From: Acidobacteriota bacterium
GTDB taxonomy: Bacteria; Acidobacteriota; Terriglobia; Bryobacterales; Bryobacteraceae
Assembly (NCBI GenBank): GCA_016871115.1
Contig: VFZP01000001.1
Span: forward strand, 1-53,117
Length of the DNA: 53,117 nucleotides
Direction of reading: 5' to 3'
Shown: positions 36,232 to 45,207 of the stretch, one piece after another
Numbering within the stretch: the first letter of the stretch is position 1
How the letters are laid out: the number at the start of each line of letters is the position of its first letter
Made by a program: the position numbers and the translations under genes
The notes under the pieces: model-generated
Told to the model about the DNA's origin: nothing
The model's input: only the letters and a program-made list of their open reading frames with translations
Databases searched by the model: none

Positions 36232-38688
36232 ATGGACTCCGTCAACCGTGTCGTTGCGCGCCCCACTTGGCGCCCCGCGGCCCTTTCCGTCTTTTCGTTT
36301 CTTGCGCTGCTCCTCATCGGCGCGTTGCCCGGTTGGGCACAGGAAGTCGCCCACGCCGGCGGTGAAGCCAATCTGATCTTGCCCGACCTCGGCCAAGCGT
36401 CGTTCTTCGGTATCGATGGCCGGAGCCTGCTGATGGCGGGCATCGTGGTGTCGATTCTCGGCATGGGCTTCGGCCTGATGATCTACCGCCACCTGCAGAA
36501 TCTGCCGGTGCACGCCAGCATGCTGGAGGTCTCAGAACTCATCTATGAAACCTGCAAGACGTACCTGCTCACGCAAGGCAAGTTTCTGGCGATTCTCTGG
36601 CTCTTCATCGGCGTCATCATCGCCTTCTATTTCGGCGTACTCCAGCACATGAGCATCGGCCGGGTTGTCATCATTCTCGCCGCCAGCGTGGTTGGCATTC
36701 TCGGCAGCGCCGGCGTGGCGTGGTTCGGGATTCGCGTCAATACCTTTGCCAACTCGCGCGCGGCGTTTGCCAGCCTGTCGGGCAAGGCGTTTCCGTGCTA
36801 CGCGATCCCGCTGCAGGCCGGCATGTCCATCGGCATGCTGCTCATCTCGGTGGAACTGCTGCTGATGCTGATCATCTTGCTGTTTATTCCCGGCGATTAT
36901 GCCGGGCCGTGCTTTATCGGCTTCGCCATCGGCGAGTCGCTGGGCGCGGCGGCGTTGCGCGTGGCCGGCGGCATCTTCACCAAGATTGCCGACATCGGCG
37001 CGGACCTGATGAAGATCGTTTTCAAGATCAAGGAAGACGATGCCCGCAACCCCGGCGTGATTGCCGACTGCACGGGCGACAACGCGGGCGATTCGGTGGG
37101 CCCCTCCGCCGACGGCTTTGAAACCTACGGCGTCACGGGCGTCGCGCTCATCTCGTTTATTCTGCTGGCGGTGAAAGATCCGCTGGTGCAGGTACAGCTG
37201 CTCGTGTGGATTTTCGTAATGCGCGTGATGATGGTGGTGGCCTCGGCACTCAGCTACTTCATCAATGAAAGTATGGCCAAAGCCGCTCATGCCAACGACG
37301 AGAAGATGGACTTCGAACACCCGCTCACGCGGCTGGTCATTCTCACCTCGGTGGTCTCGGTGGTGCTCACCTTCATCGTGTCGTACTTCATGATTCCCAC
37401 CCTGGGCGGCGACCCGGATTTGTGGTGGAAGCTCTCGGCCGTGATCACCTGCGGAACAGCCGCCGGCGCGATCATTCCGGAACTCGTCAAGGTCTTCACG
37501 TCCACCAACTCGAGGCATGTGCGTGAAGTCGTCACCTCTTCGCGGGAAGGCGGCGCCTCGCTCAACATTCTCTCGGGCCTCGTCGCGGGCAACTTCAGCG
37601 CCTATTGGCTGGGCCTGGCGATGGTGGGCTTAATGGCGGTGGCCTTCTGGGTCAGCACCCTGGGCCTCGGCAATCTGATGATGGCCCCGGCCGTCTTTGC
37701 ATTCGGCTTGGTGGCCTTCGGCTTCCTCGGCATGGGCCCGGTGACGATCGCCGTGGACTCCTACGGTCCGGTGACCGACAACGCTCAGTCCGTCTACGAA
37801 CTCAGCAACATCGAAAGCATTCCGGGCATTGAAAACGACATCAAGCAGAAGTTCGGCTTCATGCCCAACTTCACGCGCGCCAAGGAAAATCTCGAAGAGA
37901 ACGACGGCGCGGGCAACACCTTCAAAGCCACGGCCAAGCCGGTGCTCATCGGCACCGCCGTTGTGGGCGCCACCACGATGATCTTTGCCATCGTCGTCAG
38001 CCTCACCAACGGCTTGAAGCCGGAACTGCTGCAGTACCTCTCCATTCTGCATCCGCCGTTCCTGCTCGGGCTGATCACGGGCGGCGCGGTGATCTACTGG
38101 TTCACCGGCGCGTCTACGCAGGCCGTCACCACGGGCGCCTACCGTGCGGTGGAGTTCATCAAGGCCAACATCAAGCTGGAGGGCATCGAGAAAGCGTCGA
38201 TTGCCGACTCCAAGAAGGTGGTGGAAATCTGCACGCAGTACGCGCAGAAGGGCATGTTCAACATCTTCCTCACGGTCTTTTTCGCCACGCTGGGCTTTGC
38301 GTTCCTGGAGCCCTTCTTCTTCATCGGCTACCTGGTTTCGATCGCGCTATTCGGTTTGTACCAGGCCATCTTCATGGCCAACGCCGGCGGTGCGTGGGAT
38401 AACGCGAAGAAGATCGTGGAGACCGAACTGAAGGCCAAGGGCACGGACCTGCATGCGGCCACGGTGGTGGGCGATACCGTCGGCGATCCGTTCAAGGATA
38501 CTTCGTCGGTGGCGCTGAACCCGATCATCAAGTTCACCACGCTGTTCGGACTGCTCGCCGTGGAACTGGCGGTGTCGCTGGACAAGTCGCAAGGCACCGG
38601 CATCACCATGACGCTGGCCGCCGTGTTCATTGTCATCTCGGCGTTCTTCGTCCACCGCAGCTTCTACGGCATGCGGATCGAAAAGTAG
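36232..38688 (+). CDS. hppA: Membrane-bound proton-translocating pyrophosphatase (K+-independent type by the GNT.KA motif)
   Basis: GGAGGA Shine-Dalgarno sequence 8 nt upstream of ATG 36232. PPase signatures: GGIFTKIADIGADL, DCTGDNAGDSVGP, GAGNTFKATAKP, GGAWDNAKK and DTVGDPFKDTS. Confidence 0.9.
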   Translation: MDSVNRVVARPTWRPAALSVFSFLALLLIGALPGWAQEVAHAGGEANLILPDLGQASFFGIDGRSLLMAGIVVSILGMGFGLMIYRHLQNLPVHASMLEVSELIYETCKTYLLTQGKFLAILWLFIGVIIAFYFGVLQHMSIGRVVIILAASVVGILGSAGVAWFGIRVNTFANSRAAFASLSGKAFPCYAIPLQAGMSIGMLLISVELLLMLIILLFIPGDYAGPCFIGFAIGESLGAAALRVAGGIFTKIADIGADLMKIVFKIKEDDARNPGVIADCTGDNAGDSVGPSADGFETYGVTGVALISFILLAVKDPLVQVQLLVWIFVMRVMMVVASALSYFINESMAKAAHANDEKMDFEHPLTRLVILTSVVSVVLTFIVSYFMIPTLGGDPDLWWKLSAVITCGTAAGAIIPELVKVFTSTNSRHVREVVTSSREGGASLNILSGLVAGNFSAYWLGLAMVGLMAVAFWVSTLGLGNLMMAPAVFAFGLVAFGFLGMGPVTIAVDSYGPVTDNAQSVYELSNIESIPGIENDIKQKFGFMPNFTRAKENLEENDGAGNTFKATAKPVLIGTAVVGATTMIFAIVVSLTNGLKPELLQYLSILHPPFLLGLITGGAVIYWFTGASTQAVTTGAYRAVEFIKANIKLEGIEKASIADSKKVVEICTQYAQKGMFNIFLTVFFATLGFAFLEPFFFIGYLVSIALFGLYQAIFMANAGGAWDNAKKIVETELKAKGTDLHAATVVGDTVGDPFKDTSSVALNPIIKFTTLFGLLAVELAVSLDKSQGTGITMTLAAVFIVISAFFVHRSFYGMRIEK

Positions 38689-38691
38689 CGC

Positions 38692-39485
38692 GTGCTCGAA
38701 CTGATCGCCGGTCCGTGCGTGATCGAAAGCGAGGAACATGTTCACTTCCTCGCTTCCCGGATTCGCGCCGTGGCCGGCGATTTCATTTTTAAGGCGTCTT
38801 TTGATTTTAAGGCGTCTTTTGATAAAGCGAACCGTTTGAGCGTGAATTCCTATCGCGGCTCCGGCGCGGCGGAAGGTCTCCGCATTCTTGGGGGGCCTGC
38901 AGCGCGCCGGCTATCGCGTGCTGACCGATATTCATGAGCCATCGCAGGCCGAAGCCGCCGCGGAGGTTTGCGCGTGCTGCAGATCCCCCCCCGTTTCTCT
39001 GCCGCCAGACGGATTTGCTCGTCGCCGCGGGCCGCACGGGCCGCATCGTCAACATCAAGAAAGGTCAGCTTGCCGCGCCGCAGGACATGCGCCATGCGGC
39101 TGACAAAGCCGCATCCACCGGCAACACGCGCATTCTGCTCACCGAGCGCGGCACCACCTTCGGCTATCAAAACCCCGTGGTCGACATGCGCGGCCTGCAG
39201 ATCATGAAAGGCCTCGGCTATCCAGTGATCTTCGACGCCACGCACAGCGTGCAGCTTCCCGGCGCGGCAGGTAACGCATCGGCGGGGCAGCCCGAGTTCA
39301 TCGAAACGCTCGCTCGCGCCGCTGTGGCTACGGGCATCCACGGCGTGTTTGTGGAAGTACACGAGGCACCCGAGCGCGCGCTGTCGGACGGCGCCAACGC
39401 GCTGCGCCTGGATCTACTGCCGGAGTTCTGGCAGCGGCTCAAGGCCATCGACGCGCTGGTTAAGGCGTGGCCAAGCGTAGAATAG
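38692..39485 (+). pseudogene. kdsA: 2-dehydro-3-deoxyphosphooctonate aldolase (KDO8P synthase) carrying an 18-bp duplication and three frame changes
   Basis: The KdsA signatures are spread over three frames: LIAGPCVIES..FKASFDKANR (frame a), GYRVLTDIHEPSQAEAAAEV (frame b), VLQIP (frame a again), then FLCRQTDLLVAAGRTGRIVNIKKGQ...FDATHSVQLPG...SDGANAL (frame c). The shifts lie at the G6 run 38890-38895, at 38972-38973 and at the C8 run 38985-38992. Confidence 0.75.
38788..38823 (+). repeat. Perfect 18-bp tandem duplication inside kdsA (TTTAAGGCGTCTTTTGAT x2)
   Basis: Read directly. It duplicates the peptide FKASFD within the conserved FK.SFDKANR motif. Confidence 0.9.
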
Positions 39486-39654
39486 ACGTAGGCGAATGAT
39501 CGCGTCTCGGGTGCGCCCGATCAATTGCAACTTCCCATACAGGGACTGCACGAGAAGGCGGTGATCCACCCCGAGGGCACACTATACACTGTGGCGTTTC
39601 GGCGACTTATCCGGCGCAGCTCGGCCTAACTAAAACAGCTACAATCACAGTGTT

Positions 39655-39867
39655 ATGAAGAGCGCAGTCGTTGTTTCGGACCCTGAAATCATGCACGGAA
39701 CACCGTGCTTCCAGGGGACACGGGTGCCCTTCAAGAACCTGATCGATTCCCTGGAAGGCGGGTACCCGCTGGACAAGTTTCTCCGCCAGTTCCCCACCGT
39801 GTCCAGCGAGCAGGCGATTCAAGCGCTGGAGGATGCCAAGGATTCGTTCTTCGCCAAGATCGCGTGA
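39655..39867 (+). CDS. DUF433-family antitoxin-like protein
   Basis: 70 aa; the sequence DPEIMHGTPCFQGTRVPFKNLIDSLEGG is typical of DUF433. Its stop overlaps the downstream GTG (GTGA). Confidence 0.75.
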   Translation: MKSAVVVSDPEIMHGTPCFQGTRVPFKNLIDSLEGGYPLDKFLRQFPTVSSEQAIQALEDAKDSFFAKIA

Positions 39868-40225
39868 AGATCTTGCTGGACGAGTACTTACCGATCGCTT
39901 TCCGTCACTCATTTCCCGGCCACGACGTTCATAGCGCCGAATGGGCGGGCTTCAAGATGTACTGCTCACAACCGATCAAGGAATTCCACATCAGCAGAGT
40001 TCGGCTGATCGCCGGACATCGGTCCTGGTCTTGTGCGCCGCCACAAACAAAATCGACGACCTCGTTCCGCTCGTGCCTTGCGTTCAAGCGGAGTTGGCCA
40101 AGCTTCGGAACGGCTGTGTTGTTTTCGTCCGGCAAGCCCTCGTCCCAATGGCTCCCTCGACCTCCGTCCCCTGGATACCGATGCCGGTGACATCCCCACC
40201 GGCAATGCCACCAGAATCTAATTAA
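39864..40225 (+). pseudogene. DUF5615 (PIN-like) toxin remnant with an internal out-of-frame deletion
   Basis: VKILLDEYLPIAFRHSFPGHDVHSAEWAGFK is in one frame. DVLLTTDQGIPHQQ..SVLVLCAATNKIDDLVPLVP..LRNGCVVFV is in the next frame. About 15-20 residues expected between the two parts are missing, with the junction near 39950-39956. Confidence 0.6.
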
Positions 40226-41400
40226 CCCGCCGGCGGATGCGCTTCCAAAAACGCCGGAATCGCCTCGGCATCGTCAGTTAGCAGCAGATAATCTTCAAAC
40301 GACTTCTCGGCCGCTAACTTCCGCAGCAACGGATACGCGGGCTTGTGCCGCACCGCCACGCCCGGTGTGTAGTCCACCACCGCCGGGTTCCAATACTCGG
40401 TGCCCAGCAACACCATCGGACTCTTCACGCGCGCATAGGTGCGGTAATAATTCTGGCAGGCATCCTGAAATATCTCCTGCACCGTGCCGCCGTTGCCGGG
40501 CGCGAAAATCACGCCCGCCAGCGCCGCCGCCAGCAGCCCTTCCTCGCGCACGCTGTTCTCAAAATACTTGGCAATGTGCGTGGCAAACAGATTCGGCGGC
40601 TCGTGCCCATAGAACCACGTGGGAATGCCGACGCTCACCGCGCGCTCCGGCTCCGGCGGATTGCCCATCGCTTTCCATGCCTGCCACGCCTCGGCCATCC
40701 AGCCATCGTCTTTGTAGCCGGGCGCGGCGCTCATTGCCGCCAGTGCCCGTGCCAGCACGGCTTCCGCCTCACTGCCAAACCCGGCGCAGTAGGCGCCCAG
40801 GTTCGCCGCCTCCATCAAACCCGGACCGCCGCCCGTCATCACCAGATGTCCGCGCCGTGCCAGGGCAAGACCCAACTGCGCGATGCTCGCATACACTTCA
40901 TCCGTCCGCAGCCGGTCGTGCCCGCCCATGATGGCAACCGCGCGCAGCCGCGCCGCGTGATCGAGCAGGTTTTCCAGCGCGCCGGAAATCGATGCGTCAT
41001 GCAAGCGCCGCAACAGCATCACATCCGCATCGACGGGCCGCGCGTGATGCGTCGCCGGGTCGAGGTATGACTCATAGATCAGATAGTCGCGGCACTCGTG
41101 GTAGGACGCCGCGGGCCGCGCCGGATCGAACCGGTCAAACAACTCCGCGGGAGAATACAGACCGGGCGTGAATGGATCGAACGGCAGCCCGTCAATGGCC
41201 GGCAGCAGCAGGCACTGTGAGTCGGCCGCCGCTTCAGCCAGCACATTCTCCATGCGGCAACCGAGGAACACACAGCCGTGCAGCGGCATCCCCGCCATCG
41301 CCGCGGACACCGTTCGCAGATCCTGCCCCTGAAAAACCGCCGGCCGGGGCGTAGCCAGCCACTCGGCCAGCTTGCTCGGGGTGTCGATGTCGAACTTCAC
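40222..41400 (-). CDS. LOG/TIGR00730-family (SLOG fold) protein with an N-terminal extension of about 170 aa
   Basis: Motifs MTGGGPGLMEAANLGA and FAPGNGGTVQEIF (PGGxGTxxE-like). 392 aa. The GTG start overlaps the upstream stop (GTGA). Confidence 0.7.
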   Translation of the reverse strand: MKFDIDTPSKLAEWLATPRPAVFQGQDLRTVSAAMAGMPLHGCVFLGCRMENVLAEAAADSQCLLLPAIDGLPFDPFTPGLYSPAELFDRFDPARPAASYHECRDYLIYESYLDPATHHARPVDADVMLLRRLHDASISGALENLLDHAARLRAVAIMGGHDRLRTDEVYASIAQLGLALARRGHLVMTGGGPGLMEAANLGAYCAGFGSEAEAVLARALAAMSAAPGYKDDGWMAEAWQAWKAMGNPPEPERAVSVGIPTWFYGHEPPNLFATHIAKYFENSVREEGLLAAALAGVIFAPGNGGTVQEIFQDACQNYYRTYARVKSPMVLLGTEYWNPAVVDYTPGVAVRHKPAYPLLRKLAAEKSFEDYLLLTDDAEAIPAFLEAHPPAG

Positions 41401-41675
41401 CGCGCCGCCAGCGTCTTAACCGACTTCGGTGTGGTGTTCGTACAGGCGATCGAATCGGACATACCGCTGGCAATCAATGCGCAGGCGTTATCCGTCGCCG
41501 TGCGCCGCGCCAGTTCCGGCGTCGCGCCCGACGCGGTCCGGCACGCTTCGCGCCCGTTGAACTCCATGCAGACTTCCACGCGATGCGCCGTCAGATTCCG
41601 TGTGGACGTGTACATCACCGCCAGGAATGCCGCCCCGAAGGCGAGCACGATCCAGAGCCCTTTGCTTTTGAACAC
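41397..41675 (-). CDS. Hypothetical single-pass membrane protein with four Cys
   Basis: 92 aa. N-terminal TM segment GLWIVLAFGAAFLAVMY and four cysteines in the exported part. It lies 12 nt after accA and is coupled to the LOG gene. Confidence 0.5.
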   Translation of the reverse strand: MFKSKGLWIVLAFGAAFLAVMYTSTRNLTAHRVEVCMEFNGREACRTASGATPELARRTATDNACALIASGMSDSIACTNTTPKSVKTLAAR

Positions 41676-41687
41676 GGCGTGTCGCCC

Positions 41688-42521
41688 CTATTCCTGGAAG
41701 AAATTGCCCATGCGGCGAAACTTCTCGTACCGGTCGCGCACCAGTTCATCGGCGCTCATCGCCGCCAGCTCTCCGAGCACTTTGTCGAGCACCGCCGACA
41801 AATGGAACGTTGCGGCATCCGGCTCCTCGTGGGCGCCTTCGCCGGGCTCCGGCACGATTCCGTCAATCAGCCCCAGTGCCTTCAAATCGGGCGCAGTGAT
41901 GCGCAGCGCCGCCGCGGCCCTCTCCGCATTTTTCGCATCGCGCCAAATGATGGCCGCGCAGCTCTCCGGTGAAATCACGCTGTAAACCGCGTTCTCCAGC
42001 ATGTACACGCGATTGGCCACCCCGAGCGCCAGCGCGCCTCCGCTGCCCCCTTCACCGATCACCACGCTCACCACCGGCACGCGCAGCCGCGCCATCTCGC
42101 GCAGGTTATAGGCAATCGCCTCGGCCTGTCCGCGTTCTTCAGCGTCGAGCCCCGGATAAGCGCCAGGCGTATCGAGCAGCGCCACCACGGGCCGCCCAAA
42201 CTTTTCCGCCAACGCCATCGCACGCATCGCCTTGCGATAGCCTTCTGGCTTGGGCATACCGAAATTGCGCACCAGCTTTTGTTTGGTGTCGCGCCCCTTC
42301 TGCTGGCCGATCACCATCACTGGACGTTCGCGCAGCAGCCCGAATCCACAGATAATCGCGGCGTCGTCGCCAAAGCAGCGGTCGCCGTGGATTTCCTGAA
42401 ATCCCGGGATGAGCTTCTGGATGTAGTCGAGCGCATGCGGACGCTTGGGATGGCGCGCCAGTTGCACTCGTGCCCACGCATCAAAGGAAGTGGCGGCCGG
42501 CAAAGTAGGAGAAGTCGACAT
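41688..42521 (-). CDS. accA: Acetyl-CoA carboxylase carboxyltransferase alpha subunit
   Basis: [55 protein letters not shown] and [10 protein letters not shown] motifs. The N-terminus is shorter than in E. coli AccA. Confidence 0.9.
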   Translation of the reverse strand: MSTSPTLPAATSFDAWARVQLARHPKRPHALDYIQKLIPGFQEIHGDRCFGDDAAIICGFGLLRERPVMVIGQQKGRDTKQKLVRNFGMPKPEGYRKAMRAMALAEKFGRPVVALLDTPGAYPGLDAEERGQAEAIAYNLREMARLRVPVVSVVIGEGGSGGALALGVANRVYMLENAVYSVISPESCAAIIWRDAKNAERAAAALRITAPDLKALGLIDGIVPEPGEGAHEEPDAATFHLSAVLDKVLGELAAMSADELVRDRYEKFRRMGNFFQE

Positions 42522-42621
42522 GGATCGGCTGGTTTCTTTGATCTTTCAGGATAACCGACTCACGCCGCTACTGGTAACGCCGTCACCGGCTCTTGTCATC
42601 CATGGAACGTCTTGTTTCGCC

Positions 42622-42650
42622 TTGACACCGGTCCGGTTCTGCCGTACTCT
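42622..42650 (+). promoter_or_regulatory. Candidate sigma-70 promoter for imuA (TTGACA-17 nt-TACTCT)
   Basis: The hexamers at 42622-42627 and 42645-42650 were read directly. They lie 36 nt upstream of the imuA ATG. Confidence 0.4.
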
Positions 42651-42685
42651 TTTTCTATAGGCGAACAAAAGGCGAAAAAATTACC

Positions 42686-43357
42686 ATGGCCAGCGCGCTT
42701 CTTCCCATCCCCCGTGTCCTCCCGGCGTCCCAACTCGCTCCGGCCGATTCCCGTTATCCGCCGCTTGAAACCCCCTGCGGCGTGCGTTTCCCGCGCGGCC
42801 GCATCACCGAGATTCACGGCGCGGCGTCATCGGGCCGCACCTCGCTCCTCTATTCGGCGCTTGCGCAGGCCACCGCGGAGGGTGAGTCCTGCGCGCTGGT
42901 GGATGGCGACGATATGTTTGATCCAGCGTCGGCCGCGGCAGCGGGCGTGGAACTGCATCGCCTGCTGTGGGTCCGCTGCGGTTCCGGCGGCGGCGCGGGT
43001 TCGCAGCATGCCCTGCGCGTGACGGATCTGCTGCTGCAATCGAGCGGCTTCGGCCTCGTCGCTCTCGATCTCGCTTCGCTCGACGCGCGCGCGGCCAACC
43101 GCATTCCCATGAGCTACTGGTATCGCTTCCGCCGCGCCGTCGAACCCACGCGTACGGCGTTGGTGGTGCTCTCGCCCATGGCCAATGTGCGGCAATGTGC
43201 TTCGCTCATCGTGGAACCGCGGCGCGTGGAAGCAAAATGGTCCGGCACGCCCGGCTGCTCGCAACTCCTTGACGGCGTCACTCTGGAATTCGTCACACGC
43301 AAGCCCGCCGCCATTCCCGTGCCGCCGCGTTACGAAGCACGCGCGCTGACCGCCTGA
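42686..43357 (+). CDS. imuA: ImuA-like RecA-fold protein of the SOS mutagenesis cassette
   Basis: GRITEIHGAASSGRTSLL (degenerate P-loop), ALVDGDDMFDP and GFGLVALDL. 223 aa, followed by imuB. Confidence 0.7.
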   Translation: MASALLPIPRVLPASQLAPADSRYPPLETPCGVRFPRGRITEIHGAASSGRTSLLYSALAQATAEGESCALVDGDDMFDPASAAAAGVELHRLLWVRCGSGGGAGSQHALRVTDLLLQSSGFGLVALDLASLDARAANRIPMSYWYRFRRAVEPTRTALVVLSPMANVRQCASLIVEPRRVEAKWSGTPGCSQLLDGVTLEFVTRKPAAIPVPPRYEARALTA

Positions 43358-43386
43358 GAGCGATGTCCCCCTGAGAAATGTAACTA

Positions 43387-44658
43387 ATGTATGGATGTAT
43401 CCACGCGCCGGGCATTGCCGCCTCCGGCGTCGCCCGCCATTTTTCTCCCCGCGTCGAGGCGATTGACCCGTCGACGGTGGTGATGGACCTCACCGGCATG
43501 GAACGGCTTCTCGGCTCCCCGCGCGATATGGCTGTGGCGGTGACGCGCAAGGCCGGTCCGCAGGCGCGCGTGGGCATCGCCTCCAACCGCGGCGCGGCCG
43601 TGCATGCGGCGCGCGGACTCGCCTCCCCCGGCGGCTTTGCCGTGCTGCCGGCGGGCGAGGAAGCGGCGCGGCTGGCTTTGCTCCCGGTCACGCTGCTTGA
43701 AACGTCTGAGGAAGTCCGCGCGATTCTCGCCGGCTGGGGCGTCCATACCTTCGGCCAGCTCGCGGCGCTCCCGGAAGCGGGCGTAGCCGAGCGGTTGGGC
43801 GCAGAAGGTGTGCGCGTGCAGAAGCTGGCGCGCGGCGTGCCGGGCGTGCCGCTCAAGCCCGACGTTGCGCCGCTGGAATTCGCCGAGCGCATGGAACTCG
43901 AGTATCCGGTGGAATTGCTTGAGCCGCTCGCCTTCATCCTCTCGCGCCAGTTGCACTCGCAGTGCGCGCGCCTCGGCAGCTACGGCCTGTCGGCGCTCGA
44001 ACTGCACCTGGAGTTAACGCTCGTGAGCCTCGCCGATCCGCACCGCCGCACCATCCGCCTGCCGGTGCCCATGCGCAACGCGCTCACGTTTTTGAAGCTT
44101 CTGCAGATGGACCTCGAAGCGCATCCGCCCGGCGCGCCGGTCTCCGCCGTGGCGCTACGCCTCGTGCCCGCCAAGCCGCGCGCCGTGCAGGAAGGCTTGT
44201 TTCTGCCGCCCACGCCGGAGCCGGAAAAGCTGGAGCTCACGCTCCAACGCATCGCCGCGCTCGTGGGCAAGGAAAATGTCGGTTCGCCCGCGCTGGTGGA
44301 TACCCACCGGCCGGGCGCATTCACGGTGCGGCCGGCTTTGGAGGAGTCCGGTCGCGCAGTGTCGATCCCGCCCGCCACGCTCGCCTTCCGCGCGTGGCGT
44401 CCGGCCGCGCCCGCGCGCGTCGTCGTGTCGGGTCCCACCGCACAGCCCAAGCAGGTGTGGGCCCGCGTGCGAGGCGCCCGCATCGTTGAAGGGCGAGTGT
44501 TGTCGGCCGCCGGCCCCTGGCGCACGTCCGGCGACTGGTGGACTGGCTCCCCCTGGGCGCGCGATGATTGGGATTTGTCATTGAGCGACGGCGCGCTCTA
44601 CCGCGTCTACCGCGAGTTCTTCACCAGCGCCTGGTTTGTGGACGGTGAGTATGACTGA
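43387..44658 (+). CDS. imuB: ImuB, a Y-family polymerase-like protein
   Basis: The N-terminus MYGCIHAP..., ...VMDLTGMERLLG and the C-terminus WFVDGEYD* are typical of ImuB. Confidence 0.75.
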   Translation: MYGCIHAPGIAASGVARHFSPRVEAIDPSTVVMDLTGMERLLGSPRDMAVAVTRKAGPQARVGIASNRGAAVHAARGLASPGGFAVLPAGEEAARLALLPVTLLETSEEVRAILAGWGVHTFGQLAALPEAGVAERLGAEGVRVQKLARGVPGVPLKPDVAPLEFAERMELEYPVELLEPLAFILSRQLHSQCARLGSYGLSALELHLELTLVSLADPHRRTIRLPVPMRNALTFLKLLQMDLEAHPPGAPVSAVALRLVPAKPRAVQEGLFLPPTPEPEKLELTLQRIAALVGKENVGSPALVDTHRPGAFTVRPALEESGRAVSIPPATLAFRAWRPAAPARVVVSGPTAQPKQVWARVRGARIVEGRVLSAAGPWRTSGDWWTGSPWARDDWDLSLSDGALYRVYREFFTSAWFVDGEYD

Positions 44659-44797
44659 GATGGACGTTCTGCGGTGTGATGAAGAGGGAACAATCACCCC
44701 TATAGAGGGAAACCAATGCCTGCCGGGCAACGCGGGAGGACGGATGGTTACGCTGAACGCTCCGCACCAGAACGTTCGTGTCGATCAGAGTCCGCAT
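44659..44797 (-). pseudogene. 5' fragment of a PIN-domain VapC toxin gene
   Basis: The ATG directly follows the antitoxin stop and encodes MRTLIDTNVLVRSVQRNHPSSRVARQALVSLYRGDCSLFITPQNV (about 46 of the roughly 135 expected aa). Similarity ends within a few nt of the imuB stop codon, and the frame then runs antisense into imuB. Confidence 0.6.
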
Positions 44798-45040
44798 CTA
44801 CCAGCGATCCGGGTACAAATTGTCGCGGCTGATGGCTTCATCGGAAAGAGGGGGCGCATCGTCGGGAAAACTATCGGCCCACTCCATGAATGCACGCGCC
44901 TTATCCTCCCCGCTCTCAACCGGCCCAGCCATGCCGAGTTCCTGAGCGACCATCTCCTCAAGAAACGCATCCATCGAAAGGCCGCGACGCCGCGCAATCG
45001 CAATCAGGTTCGCCTCGATCTCAGGATTCACATTCAGCAT
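44798..45040 (-). CDS. VapB-type (ribbon-helix-helix-like) antitoxin
   Basis: 80 aa. IEANLIAIARRRGLSMDAFLEEMV is followed by an acidic tail ending ..AISRDNLYPDRW. Lower GC than the flanks. Confidence 0.6.
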   Translation of the reverse strand: MLNVNPEIEANLIAIARRRGLSMDAFLEEMVAQELGMAGPVESGEDKARAFMEWADSFPDDAPPLSDEAISRDNLYPDRW

Positions 45041-45207
45041 AGTAGCTAACCCCGTATTGTTGAGCCAAGCTGATGATCGTGCGCTCCGTTTTCAACAGTC
45101 TCTCTCCAACAAGCTTGCTTCATTTCATCGGCCCGCAGTGTTGTATCCTCACAGGCGATCATGCATCACCGCTATTTCCTGCTGCGAATCGATAGCAGGC
45201 TGATGGA

